DNA of 64,000 nt from Trichosphaerium sp. ATCC 40318. Lineage: Eukaryota; Protista; Tubulinea. The notes under the pieces were generated by a model, which saw only the letters and a program-made list of their open reading frames with translations, was not told the DNA's origin and searched no databases. The DNA lies in contig JALMLS010000165.1 of NCBI GenBank assembly GCA_038496445.1, forward strand, positions 1 through 64,000, read 5' to 3'. This document shows positions 27,826-40,503 of this stretch, piece by piece; position 1 is the first letter of the stretch, and each line of letters starts with the position of its first letter. A program made the translations under genes and the position numbers.

Positions 27826-28910
27826 ATGCTTAAATCAGAACTACACCAAGCTGTACAGGCAAATTTAATTAAATATGTTGAACAATTACTTCAAGAAGGC
27901 GCAAACCCAAATGAAACTATTATTTATTCTGAAGGACTAAAGTACAACAACACTCATCTTCTCATAACCATACAATTAACTTATTTAAAAATTACAGATA
28001 CACGCTCATACATGTTCCGTTACGCACAGACGAACGAGTCAAATGCCAGAAAGCGACACCAAACATAGAAATGATTTCGATGCTCCTCAAATACAATGCA
28101 GACGTCAATGGCCTTTATGTTTATGATAAAGGGGACCATGAAGGAACAGCTTTTCAAGAGATCTTGTCGCTGGCGCTTGAAAACCCTTCCGAGTACTATG
28201 ACCTTTTGAAGCTTGGTCTATCAAAAGGTGGTGATGTAAATACTCTACAGACAAGCGGTTGGGGCTATTTCACAGATACATTGCTTAAAAAGGCGCTCGA
28301 TAATCCTGTTATCCTTCAACTGCTACTCAAGACACCTGGCACTGATCCTGATGCCTATAATTTTACAAAAGATTGTTCCTTTGACACACAATATACAACA
28401 TTACATAGCTTGATTCAACGAAAAACAGATTTCAATGAACTCTCAATGCTGTTATTACTTCACTATGGAGCTGACGTTAACAAGAGAGGAACTTCCGATT
28501 TTAATCATGGTTTAATATTTTCTTCACGCACACCTTTGCATTCGGCTATTGAATCAGAAGATGTTAGAAGAGTTTTGATTCTTCGTATGTTCAATGCAGA
28601 TGTAACAATACCTTTCTCTTCTGGGGATCAAACATCAACTTGTATAGAACTTGTTGATGACTACATGGAATCAAATTCGCAAGGTGATAAAGAAACAAAG
28701 GAATTGATGAAATTGGCATTAAATCAGAGATGGCATCCAAGATTACATCAATATTTCCCAAAGTTTTTTAGAGATCAAGTTTTTTACCTTATGCTCTGTA
28801 TCAAACGTCTTGAGCCTTATCTACCACCTGAAATAATGGAATATATAATATGTAACGTTGCCAATGGAGAGTTTTTCATACCAGAACTTATTGTCGATCT
28901 TGAATTCTAG
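27826..28910 (+). CDS. Ankyrin-repeat protein with C-terminal F-box/SOCS-like motif, paralog 2 (2 exons)
   Basis: Same architecture and intron position as 17916-19015; 3' ~380 bp nearly identical. Confidence 0.85.
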
Positions 28911-29129
28911 TTTCAATGTTGACTAATTAAATAAACACTTTTCTTTCACAAATAGTCTACTAATTTGGTTCTATAAAATTAGCTTTTAGCCTTACCACAG
29001 ATTGTTGATTTTTACATGTATTCACAGTTTCGTAATCTGTACAAGGGTTATTTCTGATCATTGGTAGTACAATAAAGCTGAGTGCTATTCACCGAGGCCA
29101 CACAAAATAATAATCCTTAATCTTGTACC

Positions 29130-32100
29130 CAAGTAGTACAACTGAAACTTGTTGTTTTTAAGTTTTCATGGAAAGGAAATACACAAAAAAACCGATCTAC
29201 TTTAATTGTTTTTTCGCTAACAGTGACTGAGAAGAAGACTATATCCATGAACTTCACCCACTCCAATGCGGAGTTGACTCCCAAGAATATAGTAATAGTT
29301 ATTTTATACTATTTGCTTGTCAGCTAACATAACATTTCCTCGCGTAAAATGGTGAACTTGAGTCACGTGATATAATAAAAACTAACGCTGGGTAAACACA
29401 ACCCATAAAAAAAGTTCAGCAAAAAATACACCGTCCGAAAACCGACTTGCGAATTGACAAAAGACGGTTACACAAAGACACGCGAACAAAAAAACAATCA
29501 TTATTTTGAGATTTTCAAAGTTTGTTTCCTAGTTTAACTGCAAACGACACTTGACGCACAATGATGTGTATTGCTCCTCTTCACACTAAACAGCATATAA
29601 TCTAGAACACTTGCAGATTTTCCTGACTTCCAGATTTACCCATTCCCGTAAAATTTCACGAAACACAATCTTCAAAAAGAATACCTGTAAGTACGGCTAA
29701 TGACTTAACCTTAGTCGGTTATTCGTTTATATCACGATTTCATGGAGCCTCTCGTGACCCTGAATAAGGGTTTTGAATTAACAGCGAAGCAGTTATGCGA
29801 TCTAGTTATGAACAACAGCAGTACGTTATTGTAATAAAACGGAACGTTTTTATAACTTGTTTAGGCAATAATACGCTTGAGAAACTAGGTGGAGCTAAGA
29901 AACTAGCGGAGCTTTTGAAAACTGATCCATTAAACGGTTTACCTGATAGTGAAGGCCCTGATTACGACGAAAGGCGTAAAACGTATCTTTTTATTTTTTT
30001 GTTGTTATTAATAACACGTTTTCTGTAACTCCACTAGATACGGTGAGAACATTCCAAAACCACCTCCAAGGCCTTCTTTTATTAAGTTTATTTGTATAGC
30101 GCATTTTGACGTGTGTTTGGTGCGTTGTAGCCTCATTGACGCCCTGTTTTATTCTGTTTAGATAATTCTTGCTCTGGTTTGTGCCGCTTCAAGCGTACGG
30201 ATAGATGGCCATTTTTAATAAATTACCTGACACACTAATAGATTGTCGCGTTAATATTCGGTGAAGATAAACGCACAGATTGGATGGAAAGTGCCGTAAT
30301 TTTATTTGTTGGCACGTGATTTTTTTTGTACCATTTTTTGAGATTTTTTTTGTGTTTTTGTGTTTTTTTTGAACCTTTGGTAACTGTTTGTTGTAGCTAT
30401 TCTTATCTTGTTGGCGAATACTATATCACGTTATATGACCGCCTTAAAGTGCCAGAAGATCCCAACAACACGTCTTAACACAAGTCGATACACAGTAATG
30501 CGAGGTGGAAGCAAAAAACTGATAGACAAGGAAAGCCTTCTTGTAGGAGATGTTCTGCTTCTTAATGGAGGTGATAAAATTCCTGTTGGTAAAGTGGCCC
30601 AGTGTCTTTTCTGTATAATAACCATGTGCGTAGATGGAGTGGTCCTATCCTCATATGATATGTATTGTGATGAAAGCGCAATGACAGGAGAGCTTAAGCA
30701 TGTACTAAAAGGCGATTCTTCACCTATGTGTTTACACGGGTGCAACGTTTTCAATGGCTATGGATCGGTGCTCGTAGTAGCTGTAGGTTCAAATACAATG
30801 ATGGCAGCGTTACTCGATTCGATAGAAGAGAACCTTGACCCTAACGATACTGAACTGAGTCCAACCTTAACTGCAGTACCAGTGTATAAGTACAAATTCG
30901 GAATCGTTGTAGCTATTGTTGCGATTACATGTCTGCTCATACGGTAAGTACAACTGCAATTAACCACATAGATTTACTTATGTTATACCTAGATGGTCCG
31001 TAGTAAAGTACAGTACTAATAACGACCCATGGCGGAACGCAGATTTGGTTACAATTTCAAATTTTTTCATATTTTTTTTAACAATCATCGTTGTCACTCT
31101 CCCAGAAGGTACCCACCCTTGTTGCACAATAATTTATACATGCAATACATACCTAAAAATTAACTAACTGATGATGATTAGGTATTTATTCAGCAGTGGC
31201 TTTAGCATTAGTGGCAAACATAGCAAAGTTGCCTCCAAATGTAGCAATAAGTACCTTTATGAGTTTCAAAGATTTAGCCCAAATAACAAAGATTGTTGCT
31301 GATAAAACAGGAACCCTCACACCCAATCAAATGATTGTACGCAAGACGTACTTGGCAGGATCTTATACCAAAGACACTCTTCCGGGCGAAAGGAAGAAAT
31401 CAATCATGTCATACATAGCAGAATGCGTCGCTGTTACTTGTGATGGCAGTATTACCTTTCTAATAAATGGACAAACTGAGTATGATGGACTCAGTACTGA
31501 ATGTGCTTTATTATCATATATCCATTCAGTGGGATTCGACTATACAGCTTTAAGAGATGAAGCTGTTCGGGTAGACAAAATCCCATTTTCCCGGTACGAC
31601 ATGGTCTCTTTCTGTTCTTGTGACAACTTTGTTGAGTTTTTTTGTCTAGCATGACAAAATACAAAAGTGTCATTGTTAAGACGGTTAACGGATATCGATT
31701 GTACTGCAAAGGTTATCCAGACAACATCATGAAATTAAGCACGAAAATGGTAAAATCAAAGACTAAACATGATACTATCGTTTGTGTTGGTATTAGTGAT
31801 AAGTACAAAAAAAAAGTTGAAAAGAAATTAGATGAGGTAAGTTTGTTCTATTACTCTTTGTCTTTGTCTTCAAACCTGACACCTTATTAGTACGCTGAAG
31901 GTTTAAGGGCAATAGCTATTGCATTCAAAGATATTCCAGCCACAAGCGATATTGGCAAAGCTATAGCTTCAGGAACTTCGGCATCAGAAATTGATGGTAT
32001 TTGTGATGGATTAGTTCACCTTGGGATTTTTGGGCTTGCAGACTCTCTAAGACCAACTGCTACAGAGGCACACTTTATTCATCAAAGACGATAATATCTG

Positions 32101-33650
32101 CTAACTCATTGATATACTTAGAATATAGAAGAGTGGATTGGTGCAGGCATAGATGTTACAATGGTTACAGGTGATCACCAGAGTACTGCAAAACTTATTG
32201 CTACAGAATGTGGTATTCTCACAGACGGAGAAATAATCCAAGGTAGCCAACAAAGTCTAAGATACGTTGATCTATGTCTCTAATAGTTTTTTAAGGGAGA
32301 GATTATGACAACCTTGAAGAAAGTGAACAAAAATCAAAAGATTTTCAAGTCATCTGTAGAGCTAGTCCTAGTACCAAGAATCGTTATGTTGATAATCTCA
32401 GAAAAAATCGTCATATTGTTGCATGTTTAGGAGACGGTACTAATGATGCACCAATGCTGTATACTTCAGACGTTGGCGTTTGTATGACAATGACCAGTTC
32501 AGCTACGGCAAGAGAAGCCAGTGATATGTATATCACTGACCTTAACTCATTTACACGTGCCATGATCCTTTCACGTAATGTTTTTGATTCTATATCCAAG
32601 ATGACGCAATACGAAGTCACAGGTATGTATAAGTATTAACGTTTTTTCTAGCTTCAGATCACGATTAATCTTGTTTTTTTCTGACTTTTTTCTTCTTTTA
32701 CAGTGTATCTTGTTTGTGGTGTCTTGGTGATGTTGGGCTCTTTGGGGCAAGGTTTAAGTCCTTTAAAAGCTATTCACTTATTATGGATACTATTGGGTAT
32801 AAATTCATTAGCAGCTATGGGTTTTGCGTCTGAAAAAGCGCCAAAGAAACTGTCAAAGTTTAAACCAAAGTTATTCACTTTCAGGTATTTTTGAACAATG
32901 AAAAAAAAAAAAAGAAGAAAAGTGCTTACCATTCTGTTGTAGCATGTGGATTTTTATTGGGTTCCATACAATCTATCAAGTATTTTTCACGTACCTTACA
33001 TTGTTTTGGGGCTCATCAGCATTTCCTTGGATTTACAATGGCATTGAAAAAGAGTCGCTGAAAGAGAAAGAGTTGAATTCAACTCTTGTATTTAACTTTA
33101 TTGTATTCTGTCAATTGTTTAACATGTTCAATGCCAAACGCCTTGTTTCAGGTATTTGAATCCACTCAATATGTTGTTGTACTTACTTAGGGTATTTTAG
33201 ATAATGTTTTGATTCGATTTTATGATAACTGGAAGATTGTTTTTGCATTTACAACAATTGCTATTTTGCAAGCTATTATTATTCAATTTGGCAGCAAAGC
33301 ACTTCAAGTAGTGTCTTTAGGTGAGTTTATATATTTTTAATTTATTCTCAATTGTTCTATAGACTGGAAACAGTGGATATACTGTTTGATCATAGCTGCG
33401 CTGGAGCTTATTGTGGTGAGGAATTGGTTTTTTTCAAGTTTTTTTTTTTAACGTTTCTTTGTTTCTTACTGTTGTTTACAAAGGATATTGTTGCAATGTA
33501 TATTGTGGTAGCTTACAAAAAAATGAAATCAAAACATAGAATGAGAAAATACGTGAACATGGCGTAAATATTTACAATGTCAAACACAATAAAATGATAA
33601 AACTTTGTGAATACAAAGTCAATTTCACAACATTAAACAAGAAAACGTTC
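29130..33650. repeat. Inverted segmental duplication, left arm (pairs with 50404-54670)
   Basis: Reverse-complement identity over exons, introns, 3' flank and patches of upstream sequence. Confidence 0.95.
29742..33567 (+). CDS. Divergent P2B (PMCA-like) P-type ATPase, copy 1
   Basis: LLKTDPLNGL, DESAMTGE, LPEG, DKTGTLT, MVTGD, GDGTNDAP, FNFIVFCQLFNMFNAK. GC-AG introns at 30312-30396 and 32068-32121. Confidence 0.9.
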
Positions 33651-34734
33651 TTGAAGGCGTGTACACAAGATGTGACATTGCGATAGCTCACTAACAAAAC
33701 AATCTCATTACATCAACATCAATACCCACAGCCTGTTAAAACAGTGGTTTAGAAATGGTAAACTGGGAAATCTAGCCAATTAGATGCAGTAAGTTGGATT
33801 TGTTGAAAATAAAAACTGTCATAGTATAGAAGACAATCACAAAGCCAATAAAATGTTCTTGGATGAAGATCTGTTACACGCTCCATTTTTATATGCAAGA
33901 GATAAGGAGAGACCAAGTATTGGTATTAAAATGGCAACTGAAATAGCATATGCAACTACCTGTTTAAACAACAATTATCCAGAGTTTTATGAACAATTTT
34001 GTTTAAAGGAGGTTGCCTGTTGATTCACAATATGAAACAATGTCTACACTGCTCAAAAGGATTCTAAATTTAGATTTATATGAAATGAAACATCGGTCGT
34101 GCGTATATAAAGGAATCTTCACCGTAGTGTTGCCAAAGCTTGATTCTAGCATGTTGCAATACTAGAAAGATTGAGGAAAGATAAACAAGCAGCAACAGCA
34201 ACACCAACTGAAATTGCAGAAACATCTGCTTTGTGCAAAAACAAACCCCAGCAAACAATTATTGCGAATATCCACCTCAAAAGTGGTCTTTCGCACCTTG
34301 GTATTATTGACCTGTTGCATATTGTACCATTTGTACAGGTCAATTACACCAAGATCTCTTAGAGATAACGCACATGCTTTGACAGTACTATGTGGAGTGG
34401 ACTTAACAGACGACAGCAATCTATCTACATCACAAACCTATCAGATTTGTTGAGCTCCACTAAACTGAAAGTTGAGAGAAGGTAATCAATAGTGACCCTT
34501 ACATATCTTATCCATAAATTTCAAAGCAAGCGCATGTGAACAGAGGCGTGAGAGCAATAAGAAAGTGCAGGCTGACAATAGCAAAACTTAGAATTACTTC
34601 TTATTCATTCACGTGACTTTTTATCTGTTTATAGCAAGTGTGTCTATTGAGCAATTGTTTCTTCTGTATTACAACTGTTGAATATATTAACTTAATATCA
34701 TAGTGATGTGCTCTAACATTTTATTGGGTAACAT

Positions 34735-36318
34735 CTAATAAATCTTTTTGTCCTCTATCTGCACATTTTTTACAAGTTGTCTGTTTTCATCCCAAATCTT
34801 TGAGTTCACCAGTTTATTGTCAACCCACATATCTAGCGCCAATAGTTGTCCATTTTTATACCACCGTTTGATTTCACCATTTGGTTTATCATCAATAAAC
34901 ATTCCTTGCATCTTTAATTGTCCGTTGTCATGCCACTGTTTGCATTCACCATTATTTTTACCATCAGCCATCATTGTTTGTATCCTAAGTTGTCCGTTGT
35001 CATACCACTGTTTGTATTCACCATTATTTTTACCATCAACATACATTGTTTGCATCAAAAGTTGTCCGTTCTCATGCCACTCTTTGTATTCACCATGGTT
35101 TTTATCATCAACCACCATTTTTTGTGTTCTAAGTTGTCCATCTTTGTACCAATCTTTATGCTCACCATTTTCTTTACCATCAACTATCATTATCTGTTCC
35201 CCAAGTTGTCCATTATCATACCACACTTTCCTTTCGCCATTTTCTATACCATCAATGAATGTTACTTGTGCCTTTAGTTGACCATTTTCATACCAGTCTT
35301 TGTATTCACCATTTTGTTTACCATCAATGAACGTTGTTTGTGCCTTTAGTTGACCATTAACATGCCACTCTTTGATTTCACCATTTGGTTTATCATCAAT
35401 AAACATTCCTTGTGTCTTTAATTGTCCGTTGTCATACCACTGTTTGCATTCACCATTATTTTTACCATCAACATACATTGTTTGTGTCAAAAGTTGACCG
35501 TTTTTATGCCACTGTTTGTATTCACCATGGTTTTTATCATCAACCACCATTTTTTGTGTTCTAAGTTGTCCATCTTTGTACCAACCTTTGTGCTCACCAT
35601 TTTCTTTACCATCAACTATCTTTTTTTGTTCATGAAGTTGACCATTAACATACCACTCTTTGTATTCTCCATTTTGTTTATCATCAATAAACATTTGTTC
35701 ATGAAGTTGTCCATTTATGTACCAGCTTATGTATTCACCATTTTCTTTACCATCAACATACATTATTTGCGTCCTAAGTTGTCCGTTCTCATGCCACTCT
35801 TTGTGTTCTCCATGTTTTTTATCATCAACCATCATTACTTGTGTTTTAAGTTGACCGTTTTCATACCACTCTTTATATTCTCCATGGTTTTTATCATTGA
35901 TCATCATATTTTGTGCCTTTAGTTGACCATTTTCATACCACTCTTTGCCTTCGCCAGTCATTTTATCATCAACCCACATTTTTTGTTCCATAATTTGTCC
36001 ATTTTTATACCACTTAGTACATTTTCCTTCCATTTTGCCATTACAGACCATGTACTGTGCACATTTTGCTCCACTCTCATACCACACATTGCGAAGTCCA
36101 TTTTTTGCATGTTGGCAAACTTGTACAGTACCACTGTTATACCATCTGATCCATTTTCCTTTTTTCTCTAATGCTTCATCAAAATGTGTGTTGATTGCTG
36201 CTCTCTTTGATAGAGAATGGAATTTCGTGAATACTTCTTTGTTGAAAGTACAAATGTACTGTTGAAGTTCACATGGGATATCCAATAAACTCATACAAGA
36301 TGGAGAGGAAGAGGACAT
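34735..36318 (-). CDS. Intronless F-box-like plus MORN-variant (MORN_2/YwqK-type) repeat protein, 527 aa
   Basis: N-terminal LLDIPCELQQYICTF followed by ~18 repeats of 24 aa (K.WY.NGQL..Q....DGK.NGE). Confidence 0.9.
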   Translation of the reverse strand: MSSSSPSCMSLLDIPCELQQYICTFNKEVFTKFHSLSKRAAINTHFDEALEKKGKWIRWYNSGTVQVCQHAKNGLRNVWYESGAKCAQYMVCNGKMEGKCTKWYKNGQIMEQKMWVDDKMTGEGKEWYENGQLKAQNMMINDKNHGEYKEWYENGQLKTQVMMVDDKKHGEHKEWHENGQLRTQIMYVDGKENGEYISWYINGQLHEQMFIDDKQNGEYKEWYVNGQLHEQKKIVDGKENGEHKGWYKDGQLRTQKMVVDDKNHGEYKQWHKNGQLLTQTMYVDGKNNGECKQWYDNGQLKTQGMFIDDKPNGEIKEWHVNGQLKAQTTFIDGKQNGEYKDWYENGQLKAQVTFIDGIENGERKVWYDNGQLGEQIMIVDGKENGEHKDWYKDGQLRTQKMVVDDKNHGEYKEWHENGQLLMQTMYVDGKNNGEYKQWYDNGQLRIQTMMADGKNNGECKQWHDNGQLKMQGMFIDDKPNGEIKRWYKNGQLLALDMWVDNKLVNSKIWDENRQLVKNVQIEDKKIY

Positions 36319-37816
36319 ACTCTTTCTATTTAAAATCTAGAAGCAAAAAAGATTAATAACAAGATCATAGAGAGGGAAAAATGTTTCAGAGTTTTTGTCT
36401 GTTCTTTGTAAACAAGACAGTAAATACAAACTAGATATAAAAAACCCTTCGCCCAGGTTAACACTACATACTTTAAAATAGACCAGAAGTACCAAAAAAT
36501 AAAACGTGATACTTGGCTTTTTTTTTATTATTACATTTCACGTCATCTTGAGTCACTTTTTAACTCTCTAAAACCTCTCATAATCACTTTGCATGTGTAG
36601 AAATAGCCCGAGTTTGAAGTAAAACAATTTTATCATAATTTTGTAGATTGATGAATTCAGTCGCTGAGACGCCGGCGGTTAGGACCTCAAGGAATGGTTT
36701 GCAGGACAGTTACAATATCTCACAAAAGCTGTTGAAATTTTTTTTCAAATGCGAATTTTTAAAATGTATGTAGTAGCTTGGAACATCGTTTTCGCCTACT
36801 TTGTGCTCACATAAGAAAAAAACCAAATATCACGTGGGTTTTAGTCAAAAACTGGCAAAAAAAAAAAAGTAACTTATGCTCGCAATTCGAAAATACGATG
36901 TAAGGTGGGTTTCAAATACGGTTTCTTCAATGTATCTAAACGTACCGCTTAGGAAACAATCTCAAAACCTTGTAGAGCTCTACAACGTTCAAGCAAGCGC
37001 AATATGTATACCACTACAAGCCAAATAACCTTTGAAAAAAAAGTGAGTTTACAAAACGTGACATCAACATACAAACGTATAATGCTGATTCGATAGTCTT
37101 GGCCTTGTTTCCACTTGATGTATGCTGTCGGTTAGTAGGGTGGAATATTGGGTAATCCCCGTCAACAAAAATCGCGTGTACTATTTATCACCTCCACCTA
37201 TGAAGCTCTTGCGTTCCCATGAGATGTGCTAATTTCTTGAATGATTTATGGTGCGATAAAAACTCAATTTAGTACGTTTTGACCGTTTTATTTTCCCCTG
37301 TTATTTTAAAATGACCCATCACATCTACTTTTTGAGCTCATGCTGGAGGCTCTGGATCTGCTATGTAGAGGCTGATCTATTAATGTGATAGCGTGCTGGG
37401 CACGTGGGTACGAGAACGAACTTTTTTTTTTGTCTATGAACGTCGGAGTCATTTTTTAAGTTGTTTTTACGCAATCACAGGAGTAAATAAACCCAACACA
37501 TTACGCGTCAAGTGTCAGCGTAATTTTGTACTGTAAAAACGACCAACATGTTCGCAAACACAATAAATACAATGTATCTACTGTTCCCGAGCACTTACAA
37601 TCGATTTCGTGTCAATTCGGTTAAGCCGATATTGACCTAAGTGTGAAACAGTTTCAGTTGAGAATTACCTTCGTGGCCTTCCGAAACCCTAAACCTAGTA
37701 AAATTCAGATAAATACGACGCAAAATTCTTAAAATAAGACTCCTTCTATGTCGGCGATTCTTATAATTGTAGTAACAAAGTCAATTTTGGATTTTATTTA
37801 ATTGCGATTAACTTCT

Positions 37817-40396
37817 TTAAACTTTGCCATGGTACGATACTACAATATGACCGGAAACATCTTCTTTTGGGAACCTGCTTGAACGCTCTACAGAAAGATT
37901 GGTTATTGAGTCCAACAACAAAACAAAGAAGGAACAAAAAAAGGAAAAAACACTTGATTAAACTAATTTTTTGAGCTTCATACCGAGTTTGAAAGATCGT
38001 TGTTCGATATATGTGTCCTCTGTCATATCTTCGAGCATAATATGAGCTACACCCATAAAATCATCTTTTCTAAAAAGGATAATCAGACCAAAGAAACTTA
38101 ATGAAGCTTCAAAAAAAACTTTCGAAAAAAAACATACCCGAACTTATCTTTATCGAACACATCAACAATAAGCATGAGTTCAGAACCAGCAGTTGACATA
38201 GATACACCAGAACTACTAGAACCTCTAGAACTCTTTGGAAGAGCCACCATAGCCTTCAAATCCCAAGTAGGATTAAGAGTCTTTTTGATCACTCTGGATT
38301 TATAAAGAGCTTTCTTTGATGAAGTATTGCTCAAACGAATTTGACAGTACGGATCACTCTTTCCATTTTTATCCTTTGCAGCAAGACCAACACCTCTATG
38401 AACTAGAAAAAGGCGTGAGTTTAAAAAGGAAGATAAAAGACGAATAAAAAAAACAAATTATTCTTACTTGTAATGCCAACTGCCTTTGCTCTCCTTGGTG
38501 GAGGCTTAGGTCGAGGTCCACGTCCTTCGATTAATCTCAAGTAAGTAGGATGAGTGGCCATGATACCTTGGATCCTTGGTGCAAGATCCTTGGCCATGCT
38601 GCCTGTAGCTGGCTCACTAAAACACATCAGCAAGAAAAAAATAACAAACCAAAACTAAAGAAAATCCAACACCTACCCAATCGCCCATAGAAGCCAACCT
38701 GTCCTTGTCCATATCAAAGCAGCCATAATTTGAGCGTTAGTATCCGCTAACTCCGCTAAACCACTCGAGTAAGCACTACAAGAAAAAAAAATCGAGAAAA
38801 ATAAAACCATACCACGTGACGACAAACTGTAGCGGCATTTCTCGCTCTTAGTATCATTTTCAACAAGACGAACATACGCATTTTTGATATCTCTAAATTT
38901 ACCACCACTGCTGTAAATAGTAACCTACAATACTGATTAAAAGAAAACTAATAAAAGCAAAGAAACAAAAAAACAAAGAAAAAATTAGGAAATCAAAAAA
39001 AACCGTTTGGCTGTCGTACCGAAAAGAAGAGGTCCAAGTATTCTCTTGGTAATGCATTTAGTTTAACCCATATCATTTCATCATCACCAGATCCAGCACC
39101 AGTTAAATTATCTCCACTAAGAGCAACAGCACCTCCACAAGCTTTTTTGTTCGAAAAACTAACAATATGTGATTTCTGCCCTCCGTAAACAACACAACTA
39201 GCATCAAGATCCCAAGCTTTTTTACCAATATCCCAACCAAGTCCAAGAGTAATTTTACCAGTACCAGTGGCAAGAGCATAAGTATCATCTAAGAGACATT
39301 AGTGCCAAAAACCCGCTCAAAGTGTCTTTTATACCTTTATGCATTTGAAACGTTGGTTGCGGTCCAGAAGGTATAGGTGACGGTGTAGTAACACCGCTAT
39401 CTAATAGAAGCTTTTGAATGAATGGTATGGCTTGCTTGAATGTACGAGCTAAATAGAATAAGTATTTCTGAGACTATTAAAAACGAAGCAATAAAAAAAC
39501 ACAAAACTATTTCAGCAATAAAAAATAAGAAAAAGAAAACTGTTGCTCACCATTTACTGGCATGCCAATATTCTTTAACTCCCAGTTATTAGTTCCCTTT
39601 GTACGGTATAATATAGCCATAATAATACCATGAGCATTACCAGCTGCAGCGACCTGCAAATCACCCAAAACTATCAAAAAATAAAAAATTAATACCGGTT
39701 CACAAATAACAAATAAAACTGCGATACCTCGGTTCAGTGCAGGTTCGTATATGTAGCATGCTGCTGAATGAAGGTCTTGAAGACTCCTTTGGTTGTAGCA
39801 GGTAACTGTCAAGCCAAGAGCAGTCACACAAGGGTGTAATTGACTCAAATTAACCATTATGTACTCATCGTCACCTTGAGCAGCTCCATCCCTGTTGTCA
39901 CCTAAACAAACGTGAGTTAATGATCTTAGAGCTTAATAAAAATATCTCCGGTGATGGGGCGTTTAAACGTTGATTGGAGTTAATACAATAACGACAACAC
40001 GAAGTGCAAGGTATACGTTATGGGAACAAAGCGACCCGAATGGTTTTGGGTAAAACAATAGGTTGAAATCGCACCAGAGTGAATAATTGAGTCGTCGTTG
40101 CTATGTAGTTTGTTGTAGAATACAGCATCTAGAAGGCTACCATGCTACAAGGACAAATTAGTTCTGATGGTTGATTTACATTGTAGGGCATCGCAAAGCG
40201 ACCATACTTGGTCGTAGACGGTAATAGATGCGTCTAAATCTACTGGGTCGCTAACACCTTGGAAATCCCATCTTAAACCGAGCTTAATAGCAGCTCTGCC
40301 ATCAATGGCCGCTGTTTGTTGCTGAGCGAGATGAAATTGATCTTTTTATTATTAGCTAATAAAAGGCAATTTGGTAGAACCAACCGTACCAGCCAT
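37817..40396 (-). CDS. TerD-TerD-C2 domain protein (CABP1/TerD family)
   Basis: Two TerD domains (LGLRWD..DLDAS..HSGDNRDGAAQGDDE; LGLGWD..DLDAS..SGDNLTGAGSGDDE) and a C2 domain (LAAKDKNGKSDPY..KKTLNPTW..VFDKDKFGKDDFMG). Confidence 0.88.
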
Positions 40397-40503
40397 TACG
40401 CTATGTTATGTTACTAATTGTAGCGTCAACAAGTGAGTTACCTGCCTTAGAGACGCTTAACTCGTGTCAAAAAAACGTGAACAATCCATTGAAACTTCTT
40501 CTA

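Noticed and set aside
33700-34500. Overlapping short ORFs that could be a decayed gene or transposon
   Set aside because: No recognisable motif; many stops.
34800-36050. CRISPR-like or DGR-like repeat array
   Set aside because: The 72-bp units are in-frame coding repeats with no unique spacers; no reverse transcriptase or cas genes are present.
34748-36265. Several plus-strand ORFs with Cys/Ser or Phe/Ile repeats
   Set aside because: Antisense shadows of the MORN repeat gene.
36400-37800. Possible ncRNA in the long intergenic region (poly-T end at ~37422; aaaccctaaacc at ~37684)
   Set aside because: No recognisable tRNA, snRNA, SRP or telomerase structure by eye; needs an Infernal/Rfam search.
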